Source: a virus. From it: 64,000 nucleotides of DNA. Within the stretch, counting starts at the first letter, position 1. Every line of letters begins with the position of its first letter. A model generated the notes under the pieces. It did not search any database, was not told where the DNA came from, and worked only from the letters and a program-made list of their open reading frames with translations. A program made the position numbers and the translations under genes. Positions 1 through 9,362 of the stretch are shown piece by piece. Location of the stretch: positions 1-64,000 of IMG/VR virus record IMGVR_UViG_3300030012_001572; one strand, 5' to 3'.

Positions 1-1016
1 TCTAAAAGAACTCTATTTGCTTTTGCTCTCTTTTCTTCAAGAGCAATACGCTCTCTTTCTAATCTTTCTTGTCGCCTTCGTTCATTAATTAGCCTTTGCT
101 GTTCTCTTTGTTGGGCTAAACGCTCTTGTTCTAGCCTTCTCTTCTCAACATTTTCAGGAAGATTATAAATTCTTATTCTTTCTGCTTCTGCTTCTTGTGC
201 TAATCTTTCTCTTTCTTCTTTTGCTAATCGAGCCAATCGCTTCTTTTCTATAATTTCATCTTTACGGTTTTGTCGCTCAATTTGATACTCAGCAAAATCC
301 TTTTGTAGTTGTTGAGACTTAACATAAAACAATGCTAAATCTTTCATTAGATTATCATTAGGATAACCAGTCGTATTAATTTGAGCCTTTGGATTATCAG
401 GGTGATTCCATCTCCAAACGATAGAAGCCATATTATAAAACTCACTACCAAAATTACCGCTACCTCTTTTAATTAATTTACGAACAGGTTCATTTCTTTC
501 TAATTCGGAACTCCAAACAGTATCAACAATGCGTGTATTGTAATGTAAATCCATTTCTTTAATAGCATTAAACATCATTTCAAATGAAGGCCCGTTTTCT
601 TTCCACCATGCTTTTGCTTTCATAGACTTAACACGAACATTAATCCATTCTTGGATTTGTTCATCTGTAATTGCATCAACAGGTAATTGAGTGTCTTCTG
701 CAATTGCTCGCATAATCAAATAAGTATTGATATGGTCACTACCAACACATTCAACAACACCATTTTCAGTATTAACGATTTCAAAATGATAAACTACTGA
801 ATGACCACATAAGCACTTACCAATACCCATTTGAGAATTTTCAACCCAATCAGGAACATTATCATCTTGACCCCACCAGACTTCTCCAGTTGCAATCCAT
901 TCTTCTTTTGCATCGTCATAATTATCAGCAACCGATAGTTCAACCATTCTTCGCTTTAATACTCTATCCCAACGACCATTACCGAGTTCTCTTTTTGCTA
1001 CAATTGTTTCTGCCAT
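1..1016 (-). CDS. Hypothetical protein with N-terminal Zn-binding motif and C-terminal coiled coil (runs off the window edge)
   Basis: Not in the ORF track. ATG at 1016 after a GGTGA RBS reads MAETIVAKRELGNGRWDRVLK...GKCLCGHSVVYHFEIVNTENGVVECVGSDH; R/E/Q-rich end; appears open to position 1. Confidence 0.8.
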   Translation of the reverse strand, partial: MAETIVAKRELGNGRWDRVLKRRMVELSVADNYDDAKEEWIATGEVWWGQDDNVPDWVENSQMGIGKCLCGHSVVYHFEIVNTENGVVECVGSDHINTYLIMRAIAEDTQLPVDAITDEQIQEWINVRVKSMKAKAWWKENGPSFEMMFNAIKEMDLHYNTRIVDTVWSSELERNEPVRKLIKRGSGNFGSEFYNMASIVWRWNHPDNPKAQINTTGYPNDNLMKDLALFYVKSQQLQKDFAEYQIERQNRKDEIIEKKRLARLAKEERERLAQEAEAERIRIYNLPENVEKRRLEQERLAQQREQQRLINERRRQERLERERIALEEKRAKANRVLL

Positions 1017-1018
1017 TT

Positions 1019-1273
1019 TTATTCACCATTAAATTCTAAATCCTCTTTTTCAAACTGTCTTTGCTCCATTAGATAAGATGTGAGGATTGTGTCCATCTTC
1101 TCTTGCAGGTTCTCAATAATACCAGCAATCAATCGCCTATTTAAACTAATCCATATGCGATGGTAGGTATTAAGAACCACTTTTGGCTCATCGTTTTCAT
1201 TCTGTGATATTACCAATGGTGGCATATCACTTGCATTAATTATTCTAAATTCTACATTACTTGTTTCTTTCAT
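1019..1273 (-). CDS. Hypothetical protein
   Basis: 84 aa ORF, tightly coupled to its neighbours. Confidence 0.75.
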   Translation of the reverse strand: MKETSNVEFRIINASDMPPLVISQNENDEPKVVLNTYHRIWISLNRRLIAGIIENLQEKMDTILTSYLMEQRQFEKEDLEFNGE

Positions 1274-1641
1274 ACTAATTCCAACCTTTCTTTATTTAAT
1301 GAAATAGGGTGTTGATAAATACACCCGCATTCATTTCCTTCTTCATCATACATTTTTTCTAATAAGTTAAAAAAGCAAAATCTCTTTGCTTCATGTGTTG
1401 CAGTATAACTTCTTTTATGTATAATCGCATCTGCGCCTGTATAAAGAACAATCGCCCATTTACTAAATCTCTTTTGTAATGAAATCATTATGGCACGAAT
1501 AAAATTAATCATTGTTTCTTCTGTTGGTTCAAGAACCCCTGAAAAAATCATACCATTCTTTATTTCTTCAATTGTTACTGCATCATTGTTTAGTAATATA
1601 TTCAATACTACTGTTTCTTGTGTTTCTTGCTTTGTGTGCAT
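1270..1641 (-). CDS. Hypothetical protein (start reassigned to ATG 1641)
   Basis: GGAGGT RBS just upstream of ATG 1641 (MHTKQETQ); the longer start at 1734 overlaps the tRNA. Confidence 0.7.
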   Translation of the reverse strand: MHTKQETQETVVLNILLNNDAVTIEEIKNGMIFSGVLEPTEETMINFIRAIMISLQKRFSKWAIVLYTGADAIIHKRSYTATHEAKRFCFFNLLEKMYDEEGNECGCIYQHPISLNKERLELV

Positions 1642-1727
1642 AAAATACCTCCATTTATGTTTGTTTGTTGCATTGAAAGTGGCAACAGCCCACAGTATAT
1701 AAAGGAAGCAAAAAATAAGCCTCGCTA

Positions 1728-1799
1728 CGGGCATAGAGGGAATTGAACCCCCATCTTCGGCTTAGAAGGCCAAAATGCTATCCATTACACCATATGCCC
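1728..1799 (-). tRNA. tRNA-Arg (anticodon TCT)
   Basis: Reverse complement GGGCATATGGTGTAATGGATAGCATTTTGGCCTTCTAAGCCGAAGATGGGGGTTCAATTCCCTCTATGCCCG folds into a cloverleaf with a GTTCAA T-loop; no encoded CCA. Confidence 0.93.
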
Positions 1800-1809
1800 C
1801 TAGTGAGTC

Positions 1810-2127
1810 TTATTCGCTTCTTCCGTAAATATCTGCCAATACCAATGCTTCATTGATATTCTTTGTTTGAATAATAGTTTCAATTCTTGCTAAACTATTA
1901 TTTTCATCTCTATCTATACCATTAACTATAATTTCAGAAATAATCATAGATAGTTTTTGTGGACTTGCATTAACTAATACTCTACTTAGTTCTTCGGACA
2001 AATGCCATTTATAATGTTCTTCTGCATAACAGTCCATACATTCTATTCTTTCCATAACATCATGCTGATAATTAGGAACTAGATAATGACCTTTTCCATT
2101 ACACTTTTCACAATTAGGATTACCCAT
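1810..2127 (-). CDS. Small Zn-finger protein (CxxCxGxG...CxxC)
   Basis: CEKCNGKG and CMDC motifs. Confidence 0.75.
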   Translation of the reverse strand: MGNPNCEKCNGKGHYLVPNYQHDVMERIECMDCYAEEHYKWHLSEELSRVLVNASPQKLSMIISEIIVNGIDRDENNSLARIETIIQTKNINEALVLADIYGRSE

Positions 2128-2390
2128 TAAAAATCCTCCGTTAAACTAAATAACTTTGTTTTCTTTTGATTCCAATATTGGAGAGAAAGCATAGCAGTAA
2201 TAAGAATATTATAATTAAAAGCAGATTGATTCTTTCGGAAATCATCAACTGCTATTTCATAAAGTTTCTTAGAAGAGTCTATTTTCTCTTGAACAATTTC
2301 TTCGTCCATTTTTTCCCAAACCTCTCCATATTCTCGTTTTAGCGCACCATAAATTAATTCTTCTGTTTCGCTATGTCCATATTCATTCAT
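2127..2390 (-). CDS. Hypothetical protein
   Basis: 87 aa ORF with GGTGA RBS, overlapping stop/start. Confidence 0.7.
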   Translation of the reverse strand: MNEYGHSETEELIYGALKREYGEVWEKMDEEIVQEKIDSSKKLYEIAVDDFRKNQSAFNYNILITAMLSLQYWNQKKTKLFSLTEDF

Positions 2391-2504
2391 TTATTTCACC
2401 TGCCTTTTCTTTTAGTTCATTCAAACAAGTATAACAATAAGGTCTTTTCTTACTGACTACTACATTACACCCGATACATCTATATTGTGGTTTTATTTTC
2501 ATTT

Positions 2505-3197
2505 TTATTCCTCCATTAGTGGCATAGGATATTTTCTAGGCTGAGCATTATTATATGCCGTTGCTCGCCTATTCCATTTGATTGCAAACCAATTTTCAGG
2601 AAACCAATCAATAGGTTGTCTATCTTTTCTCCATTCAGCAAATTCCCATTTGCCTTCACGATAATAATGACGATAGGATTCTATTACAAAATCCCATTCA
2701 TCATATTCAATTCCATACTGAACTCTAGCAGTATTATAGAATACATCACGGTCTAATCTATATGAATCATCCATAGCAATAGTTACTGGTGTCAATTCGT
2801 TTGCAGGGAATTGATAATTATTAATAATACTATTGTGTTGAATACAATCAATAATTCGTTCATAAGTTCCATGTTCTTTATCATAACGATGAGTGTATTC
2901 TTCGCAAAGAGCCAAACCATGCTGATAAAGCCAATCAAAGTTAGCCAAAGATTGCCTCGCCCAAATGGTTGAGGGGTGGTTTAGCATGGCTGGCTTCATT
3001 AATTTTGAGCCAATCTCTTGATGAAATGCCTTAAGTTCTTTCAATTGTGGTTCTTTACCGTGTTCTTGAACATATTGCATACAAAGAATATTAGTATGCA
3101 ACATTTGACAAGTTTCTGTTGGCATCTTAATTACATGCTTATCAATCATCTGTTCTGCTGATTCAATAGGACATTTTGATAATGCGAATATATTCAT
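2505..3197 (-). CDS. Pyrimidine-dimer DNA glycosylase (T4 endonuclease V / DenV-like family)
   Basis: N-terminal MNIFAL...DKHVIKMPTETCQML, NHPSTIWAR and SYRHYY motifs typical of this phage family. Confidence 0.75.
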   Translation of the reverse strand: MNIFALSKCPIESAEQMIDKHVIKMPTETCQMLHTNILCMQYVQEHGKEPQLKELKAFHQEIGSKLMKPAMLNHPSTIWARQSLANFDWLYQHGLALCEEYTHRYDKEHGTYERIIDCIQHNSIINNYQFPANELTPVTIAMDDSYRLDRDVFYNTARVQYGIEYDEWDFVIESYRHYYREGKWEFAEWRKDRQPIDWFPENWFAIKWNRRATAYNNAQPRKYPMPLMEE

Positions 3198-3418
3198 TGT
3201 TCCATCCCTTCTTGACTGTTTTCTAAATTGATAATAGTGTTAATTAGTTGCTGTTTTGCTTCTTCATAGTTCTTATTATCTAAATGTAGAATAGCAACAT
3301 ATATCATGCCAACAATGTTTTTAAGCATAGTATTTACTATTTCTCTCAGTCTATTACATTGTTCTTCTACTGTTTTTTCAATTTCTTCAATCAATTTTCT
3401 CTTATCATCATCATTCAT
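3194..3418 (-). CDS. Hypothetical protein
   Basis: 74 aa ORF coupled to its neighbours. Confidence 0.65.
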   Translation of the reverse strand: MNDDDKRKLIEEIEKTVEEQCNRLREIVNTMLKNIVGMIYVAILHLDNKNYEEAKQQLINTIINLENSQEGMEQ

Positions 3419-3660
3419 TATTCTTCCTCCATGACTATTTGTTTACAAGTGCATCTATATCCTTTCCAATGAGTTACTGTCTTAATAACATACATCTCCA
3501 ATTCGCTATCCCATACTTCATCTTCAAATTCAATCTTATCAAAGTCTTTTTCAGTAATATGATTACACTCAGGATGATGATACAAAGCATGGTCATCAGT
3601 ATAATGATGATTACCTCTATCATAAAATATATCTAAACAATCTTTGCAAGCACATCTCAT
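3418..3660 (-). CDS. Small Cys/His-rich protein
   Basis: CACKDC, HHPEC and CTC motifs; GGAGGT RBS. Confidence 0.7.
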   Translation of the reverse strand: MRCACKDCLDIFYDRGNHHYTDDHALYHHPECNHITEKDFDKIEFEDEVWDSELEMYVIKTVTHWKGYRCTCKQIVMEEE

Positions 3661-3801
3661 TTAAATAACCTCCTTGCTTCTTCATAAATCTTGTAATGGT
3701 CTTTACGACCACTCATATTCTGTATTTTACAATACTCGCTTCTTTGCTTTGCTACTATTACATCAAGATTCAAGTATTCTTCTTTCCATATTCTAGTTTC
3801 T

Positions 3802-4041
3802 TTAACTATTTCTCTCATTTTCATCTTTCATCACATTTATTTTTATTTTTAAATCTTTTAAACAACTAGCACATATTTCTATTTGCATTTCTTCTAATTG
3901 TTCTGTTTCTAAATCAACTGCACTCAATGATAACTCATGCGTTGCTTTTAGATAACATACTTTACAACGAATTATTTCTTCCGTTGTAAAAGGAATTTTA
4001 CCTAATAGGTTTTTAATCCATTCAAACATATTAATCACCAA
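3802..4041 (-). CDS. Small Zn-finger protein
   Basis: CKVC...CASC; real start probably the internal ATG after GGTGA. Confidence 0.65.
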   Translation of the reverse strand: MVINMFEWIKNLLGKIPFTTEEIIRCKVCYLKATHELSLSAVDLETEQLEEMQIEICASCLKDLKIKINVMKDENERNS

Positions 4042-4254
4042 AAGGCGGAGGAAAACAAGTCATGTCTTTGAACCCACACTATTACATAATGAAGTTTATT
4101 TCTTGTTTTTACTGTAAAAACCCCCTGTGCAGGAAAGTAAAGCATAACAGCAAACTACCTTAACGGTAAGATACGACCAAGCAACCGTATGACGGACTTT
4201 CTTTACTTTTATTTCATAAACCTGCTTATCAACCTAAGCATCAACAGTAGCCGC

Positions 4255-4443
4255 TTAGGGTTGAATAGGTAATTTAGTTTGGTCAGGGTCATAATACCAT
4301 TTCAAAGGTTTTTGAATGGTAATCTGCACACCCTCACGACTACAACCTAAACAAATATATTTGGTTTCTTCAACCATATTTTGTTCTTCATCTAAGTAAT
4401 AGTCGTGTCCAATCATTTCTATTTCTTCATGTTTACATATCAT
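4255..4443 (-). CDS. Small Cys-containing protein
   Basis: CKHE...CLGC; GGTGA RBS. Confidence 0.65.
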   Translation of the reverse strand: MICKHEEIEMIGHDYYLDEEQNMVEETKYICLGCSREGVQITIQKPLKWYYDPDQTKLPIQP

Positions 4444-4452
4444 ATTATCACC

Positions 4453-5901
4453 TTAATTTAATTCGGGTCTTGGCCCTACATAAAATAAATTCTTTTTTGC
4501 TCTTGTAATTGCAACATAAGCAATATTATTTTCTTCCTGCCCACCCAACGGATGAGGCATTCTTTCTGTCGCTAGAATATAAACATTATCAGCCTCAAGA
4601 CCCTTAGCCTTGTGAACTGTTGAAAGCATAATCTCTCCGTTATCTGCATTATCAAATACTCTTTTAATTTCATATTTGATTCCACCAACTGTTGTGGCTT
4701 TATTTACAAAGATAGCAATACAATCCTTCTTATCTTCTAAAGCAAGTGCTTGTGATATTTTATCAGCCTTGATTAGTTTATTATATTCATAATCAAAGTT
4801 ATCCATAAACATACTCCAAAACTCTTCTGTTCCCATATTGTCGTTCTTTGTAATCTTATCAACAGAAATAATCAATCCTGCCGTCATATCCCTGCCTAAA
4901 ATATATGCGTTCTTTCCTTGACTAATTAAATCATAGAAAGCACTCACTAAAGGAGCATTATATCTACAAAGAACCATATCGTTTGTTTGAGGATTGAACG
5001 GTGCATTCTCAATAACTGTTCCGTTAATTGCATCTTTACGGGCATGGAAATCCTTTACGAATCTATTCGCTTCTTTAACAACCGATGTTGGGCATCTCCA
5101 AGAAATACTTAGAGGAAATTCGCTTATTTCTCTCTCACCAAGTTCAAGGCTCTCGTAAAACATGCCAATACTGTTTGAGTCAGCCCCTCTAAATCCATAA
5201 ATTGCTTGATTTTTGTCACCGACAATAATACATCTTCCACCTTTTACACATTTACGAATCAATTCTCTTTGCGCTTCATTAAAATCTTGCGCTTCATCAA
5301 CAAACATTACATCATAATATGGTAAAGGATAGTTATTTTCTAATGGTAGCCAAATCATATCGTCAAAATCAACGATATGAGTCTGTGTTCGGCACATCGT
5401 CAGAATTGCAGGAATCGCTTCTAAAGCAATTGCTAATTCTCTATCCGATTGAAAACTAATATTGTATTCTTCAATCAAATCCATTATTGCATGTTTATCA
5501 GTTCCTTCTGTAAGAGAACCTTTCACTAAAGAAATTAGTTTCTTTAATGGTGTAACATAGAAGTCTTTACCAAGAAGTTCTTTAATGATATTGTTTAGTT
5601 TGAATTTATTATAGCGAGTTCTAATTCCTGCTTCTTTTATTGCTGCAAAACCAAATGAATGAAATGTTTTTGCTTCAACATCACTTGGCAATCTTTCTGC
5701 TAATTCAGTTGCAATAGATTTGTTAAACGCTAGAAAGGCTGCCTTTGTTCCAAAAGGAAGTCTATTCGCTCCTTCAACAATAGTAAAGGTTTTACCGCAA
5801 CCTGCACCTGCATTAACAAATACATGGTTATTACTATTCTCTATTGCATTCCATATGTTTTCTTGTTCTTCTGTTCCTGTTATCATTTTTATTACCTCCA
5901 A
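4453..5901 (-). CDS. Superfamily 1A (UvrD/Rep-like) DNA helicase
   Basis: Walker A AGAGCGKT, Walker B VDEAQD, GDKNQAIYGFRGA, STVHKAKGLE, YVAITRAK. Confidence 0.95.
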   Translation of the reverse strand: MEVIKMITGTEEQENIWNAIENSNNHVFVNAGAGCGKTFTIVEGANRLPFGTKAAFLAFNKSIATELAERLPSDVEAKTFHSFGFAAIKEAGIRTRYNKFKLNNIIKELLGKDFYVTPLKKLISLVKGSLTEGTDKHAIMDLIEEYNISFQSDRELAIALEAIPAILTMCRTQTHIVDFDDMIWLPLENNYPLPYYDVMFVDEAQDFNEAQRELIRKCVKGGRCIIVGDKNQAIYGFRGADSNSIGMFYESLELGEREISEFPLSISWRCPTSVVKEANRFVKDFHARKDAINGTVIENAPFNPQTNDMVLCRYNAPLVSAFYDLISQGKNAYILGRDMTAGLIISVDKITKNDNMGTEEFWSMFMDNFDYEYNKLIKADKISQALALEDKKDCIAIFVNKATTVGGIKYEIKRVFDNADNGEIMLSTVHKAKGLEADNVYILATERMPHPLGGQEENNIAYVAITRAKKNLFYVGPRPELN

Positions 5902-6106
5902 TTAATATTTGGGAATAGGTGGCCGAAGGAGGAAAACAAAGTAATTATAGGCAGGAGGTAATAACTTCCTATAATTACTTGATACTTCCCAAAGTCGCCC
6001 CTTATCCTCTACTTCGGCCATGTGTATTTTTGCAAACCTTCCTGAAAATTTCTGTCAAATTTGACAGACCCTCCTAACAGAAAAGTTGTTAATAATGAAT
6101 ATAAAG

Positions 6107-6191
6107 TGCTGAGAGCAGGATTTGAACCTGCGAACCAAATGTGGACAGGAGTTTAAGCCCTGCGCTTTTAACCATGCTCAGCCATCTCAGC
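6107..6191 (-). tRNA. tRNA-Leu (anticodon TAA), long variable arm
   Basis: Reverse complement GCTGAGATGGCTGAGCATGGTTAAAAGCGCAGGGCTTAAACTCCTGTCCACATTTGGTTCGCAGGTTCAAATCCTGCTCTCAGCA; acceptor stem GCTGAGA/TCTCAGC, discriminator A. Confidence 0.92.
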
Positions 6192-6347
6192 GTATTTACT
6201 TGAACAAAAAGAAATGATTACTAATTATAATCACACGGATGAAAAACCTCACGCTTTGCATACTGTTCAAGTAATATGCGGGTGGCGAGCCGTATATAGT
6301 GCGACCCGCAGGGGGTCAAACATTGATTGAATAAGATTTAATGGTTC

Positions 6348-6599
6348 TCAATTGAACCATGTAAGATAAATGACCCAAGAAATGAGTCCTACGATGATAC
6401 TTCCCCAAAATAACTTTAATCGCAAGTTATTGATGGGATTACATCTTTTTTTCAGACAGTAATGACTTGTTGATATAGTTCCTTTATGCACATAAGTTTC
6501 TAAAAGATGATTAGAGCCTTCGGGAATATCAATTCCGCACTTTTGGCATATTTCATCTTTTTCGGCTTTTACATATACTTCTTCAACTAAACGCATCAC
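6348..6599 (-). CDS. Zn-finger protein with C-terminal transmembrane helix
   Basis: CQKC...HYC; hydrophobic C-terminus. Confidence 0.7.
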   Translation of the reverse strand: MMRLVEEVYVKAEKDEICQKCGIDIPEGSNHLLETYVHKGTISTSHYCLKKRCNPINNLRLKLFWGSIIVGLISWVIYLTWFN

Positions 6600-6762
6600 T
6601 AATCCTCAAAGAATTAAAAGGGGGAAACACAGGGGAGCGAACTCCCCCATGTTTCGGCTTTACCAGAATAAATTCTGATAATTCAGTTTAAGAATCCTTA
6701 GACTCAAAAACCCCGTTGTTCAGGTCAATGACCTGAAGTGCGTCCAAAAACCGCTATTACCT

Positions 6763-7230
6763 TCATTCATCAGATGGCAAAAGGCTTTCAACTGAACCAT
6801 CCCAGTTTCCGTCCTTAAACATCTTAGATAGGTTATTACGGGTTCTTTTAACGACTGCTGAAGCATAATCCTCAGCACCCTCGTATGAACCGCCACCACT
6901 CTTAATGTGCTTCATGGTGATTGCACCAATAATTGCATCGTGGTTGTAGTATTGAACACTTGCTTCTTCAACAACACCGCAAATGCGGTCAATTGCTACT
7001 CTAACGGAAGCAGGAACAGCAGATTTTTGACCCCTTCGGAAAGGTGTTCCATCTCTACCCTTTAATAGAGCCTTTAATGCGCCTAAAGCAGCATCTCGCT
7101 CATTTGGGTTGTTCTGTCCTATTTGTAGGTTCAATTCAACAACTTGGCGCAATCCAGCATCCAAAGTCGTGTCGGCTTCAAGGTATTCGTTCACTTCAAT
7201 AACAAGTGAATCCCATTGTGTGTTATCCAT
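6763..7230 (-). CDS. Hypothetical protein, distant paralog of 9807..10346 and 11389..11895
   Basis: Shares N-terminal W, RRG(Q/R)(K/E)S, GGxY and KxGxWDGS motifs; TTTATATA box at ~7291-7298 on the minus strand. Confidence 0.85.
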   Translation of the reverse strand: MDNTQWDSLVIEVNEYLEADTTLDAGLRQVVELNLQIGQNNPNERDAALGALKALLKGRDGTPFRRGQKSAVPASVRVAIDRICGVVEEASVQYYNHDAIIGAITMKHIKSGGGSYEGAEDYASAVVKRTRNNLSKMFKDGNWDGSVESLLPSDE

Positions 7231-7489
7231 GTTTCTCTAACTCCTGCCCTTTTGGGCTATACTTACCACATTTGATAGGGTATATAAACAACCCTTTGAC
7301 AAATACCTCCGATTTTTCGTTCAAGCGAAATTACAACTTTTTACTTAGTTACCTGTGTGGGACAAGGGGCATTTTCAACGATTCTATTTTGATTAATTGA
7401 TTTCTATTTAAATCTGTTAAGATTAATTGAAATGATTTACCTTTTAACAACGGGGCGTTGAAAGTGGGAATTTTTCATGCGAATTATCA

Positions 7490-7830
7490 CCTTTGAGAAG
7501 ATTCTCAAGATACGATAAAGTTAGATTCTTCGCATTTATGTTGCATAACTAACTAAAAATGGCTGTTTTTGATTGAGGTTTCTCACTTTTCTCGTTTCTC
7601 ACGATTCTCAATAGGTCTTTCTGTCTATTACTACATAACCCATAAGAAACTGATAGCATAAGTAAGAAGAAATTAAGGGGTAAGTAGTAGTAGAAGAATG
7701 AATGAATGAATGAGAAATGAGAAAATTGAGAAAAGTAAAAAAATATATTACTTATGTCTACATAACCCCTAAGATTCTTGCTTGACTTACATTTCTCACT
7801 CGCTCAATCGGATGAGAAACCTAAATTAAA
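7490..7830. repeat. AT-rich divergent region with iteron-like TTCTCA/TGAGAA repeats (candidate origin or terminus)
   Basis: TTCTC(A/G) x4 at 7579-7611; (GAAT)n followed by TGAGAA x3 at 7696-7735; TTGAGAA-G-ATTCTCAA palindrome at 7493-7508; direct repeat CTACATAACCC(A/C)TAAGA at 7631 and 7758. Confidence 0.6.
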
Positions 7831-7999
7831 TCATTATAATATAATATTAATATTAGAATATGAATACGAATTAATATAAGACCAATTGAAAATAAGATAG
7901 AGAAAGAGTAACTATTCTGAGGGGTGATAAATTATCCCTGATAGGAGGAATGAATATACTCTCATTTAGGATAAATCTGCGTTTTATGACGCATTCGCT

Positions 8000-8040
8000 A
8001 TCATATGGTTGTAAATTGCTTTGCAATTAAGACCCTATAT
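8000..8040 (+). repeat. Array element S1 (partial, lacks CAAAG arm) plus TATA-like box
   Basis: CATATGGTTGTAAATTGC-TTT-GCAATTAAGACC-CTATAT. Confidence 0.85.
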
Positions 8041-8071
8041 GCCGCAATCAGCCCGTTGTTGAAGTGATACT

Positions 8072-8791
8072 ATGTCTATACAATATGTAAGAACAATGAA
8101 GATTAATTACGGAGATAAAATGAACGATTTGGACTTTAACAAACTAAATGGTGCTTTGGCTGAAAAAGGTGTCTATTTGATTGACTCTTTTAGCCGTGTT
8201 GATACCGATAATTACGGTTATGTCCATGTTGAAGATAACACTACTGTTTATGGAATTGTTATTGAAGATGAAGTTCAATTTACTGTTGATTATGAATTTG
8301 ATGCAAAAATAATTACTGATGGTCTTTACAACCTTCACAAAGATTGCCATTACAATGAAATTAATACTACTGTTAAAACCCAAAAGTGGGCTGAGCCTGA
8401 AGGAAACCAATTACAATTTACTATGCCTCTTGATGGTGAAGTTCAAAATTTTGACTGTTGGGGTAATAACCACATTCTTTATGAAAATGGTGCAAAAATG
8501 TATGCTTTCCTTGACAATGATTATACTGGAATGGTTTTGCGTTTCCGTGTTGTTTGGGAGCAAGAGAATGTTCAGCGAAAAGAAGCCATTGAAGATGCTA
8601 TGGTTCAAACCGTTCTAAATGACATGGGTAGAATACAAAAAGCCGTCGAAAGCCGCCTTAAACTCAAAAAGTTTGGATATAATGTTGAAGAAGTCGGAAT
8701 TGATTGTCATTTCGATGCTAAGACCGAATCAAGGTCAGAATGCGCTCCAGACATCATTAAGCAAGTTAGGGAGGCAAGAAAGGGTAATTAA
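8072..8791 (+). CDS. Hypothetical protein (cassette 1)
   Basis: 239 aa ORF; alternative start ATG 8120 after GGAG. Confidence 0.85.
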   Translation: MSIQYVRTMKINYGDKMNDLDFNKLNGALAEKGVYLIDSFSRVDTDNYGYVHVEDNTTVYGIVIEDEVQFTVDYEFDAKIITDGLYNLHKDCHYNEINTTVKTQKWAEPEGNQLQFTMPLDGEVQNFDCWGNNHILYENGAKMYAFLDNDYTGMVLRFRVVWEQENVQRKEAIEDAMVQTVLNDMGRIQKAVESRLKLKKFGYNVEEVGIDCHFDAKTESRSECAPDIIKQVREARKGN

Positions 8792-8810
8792 AGCCCTTAA
8801 ATCCGTAAGA

Positions 8811-8884
8811 CCCCACAGGGGGCAGGGTTATTGCAAAGCATAACCATATGGTTGTAGTTACTTTGTTATGCGAAAACCATATAT
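8811..8884 (+). repeat. GC hairpin plus array element S2
   Basis: CCCC-ACA-GGGG hairpin; CAAAG 8834, ACCATATGGT 8843, CTTTG 8861, AACC-ATATAT 8875. Confidence 0.9.
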
Positions 8885-8907
8885 TTCATTGTTCATGTAT
8901 TACCGTT

Positions 8908-9268
8908 GGAAGTCATGAGCCAACAGGGATTGACTGAATACCCTCATGGTCGGGGGTAAAGTGCTTGTTTTCGTGTGGTGCGACATATGAACACCTAATG
9001 CCCGTATGGGTGAGGGTTTTCCTCTATGAAAGTGATTAAGGCTCAAAAGGCGCATTCTTACCAAGAATGTTCATAAGCAAGGCAGATAGGCTCTTAAGAC
9101 ATAAGAGCGACCATAAGTGAGTGCGACCCAATCGCATCTATCTTAGTGATACCCAATTCACTATCCCACCCTTTTACTCCATTTATGCCCTTAAGCGAAG
9201 AGAAAGCGATGATAGAGGCTGAAAAAGGCACATATGTATAAAAATATCAATTACAATCAGATACTTCC
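8908..9268 (+). ncRNA. Putative ~360 nt structured non-coding RNA (cassette 2), family unknown
   Basis: No ORF of 60 aa or more; starts ~25 nt after the TATA-like box; ends pair (GGAAGT/ACTTCC); many nested helices, several with G-U pairs; followed by the usual GC hairpin. Confidence 0.7.
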
Positions 9269-9272
9269 CTGT

Positions 9273-9342
9273 GCCCCCTTTTGGGGTTTAATGCAAAGCA
9301 ACACCATATGGTTTTAGAATCTTTGATGATAAAACCCTATAT
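9273..9342 (+). repeat. GC hairpin plus array element S3
   Basis: CCCC-TTTT-GGGG; CAAAG 9294, ACCATATGGT 9303, CTTTG 9321, AAAACC-CTATAT 9331. Confidence 0.9.
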
Positions 9343-9362
9343 CTCACCAATTACCGTTTATC

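Noticed and set aside
8908-9268. RNase P, tmRNA or group I/II intron identity for the structured RNA
   Set aside because: No GAGGAAAGUCC P4 motif, tRNA-like ends, P7 core or domain V recognisable by eye; left unassigned pending an Rfam search
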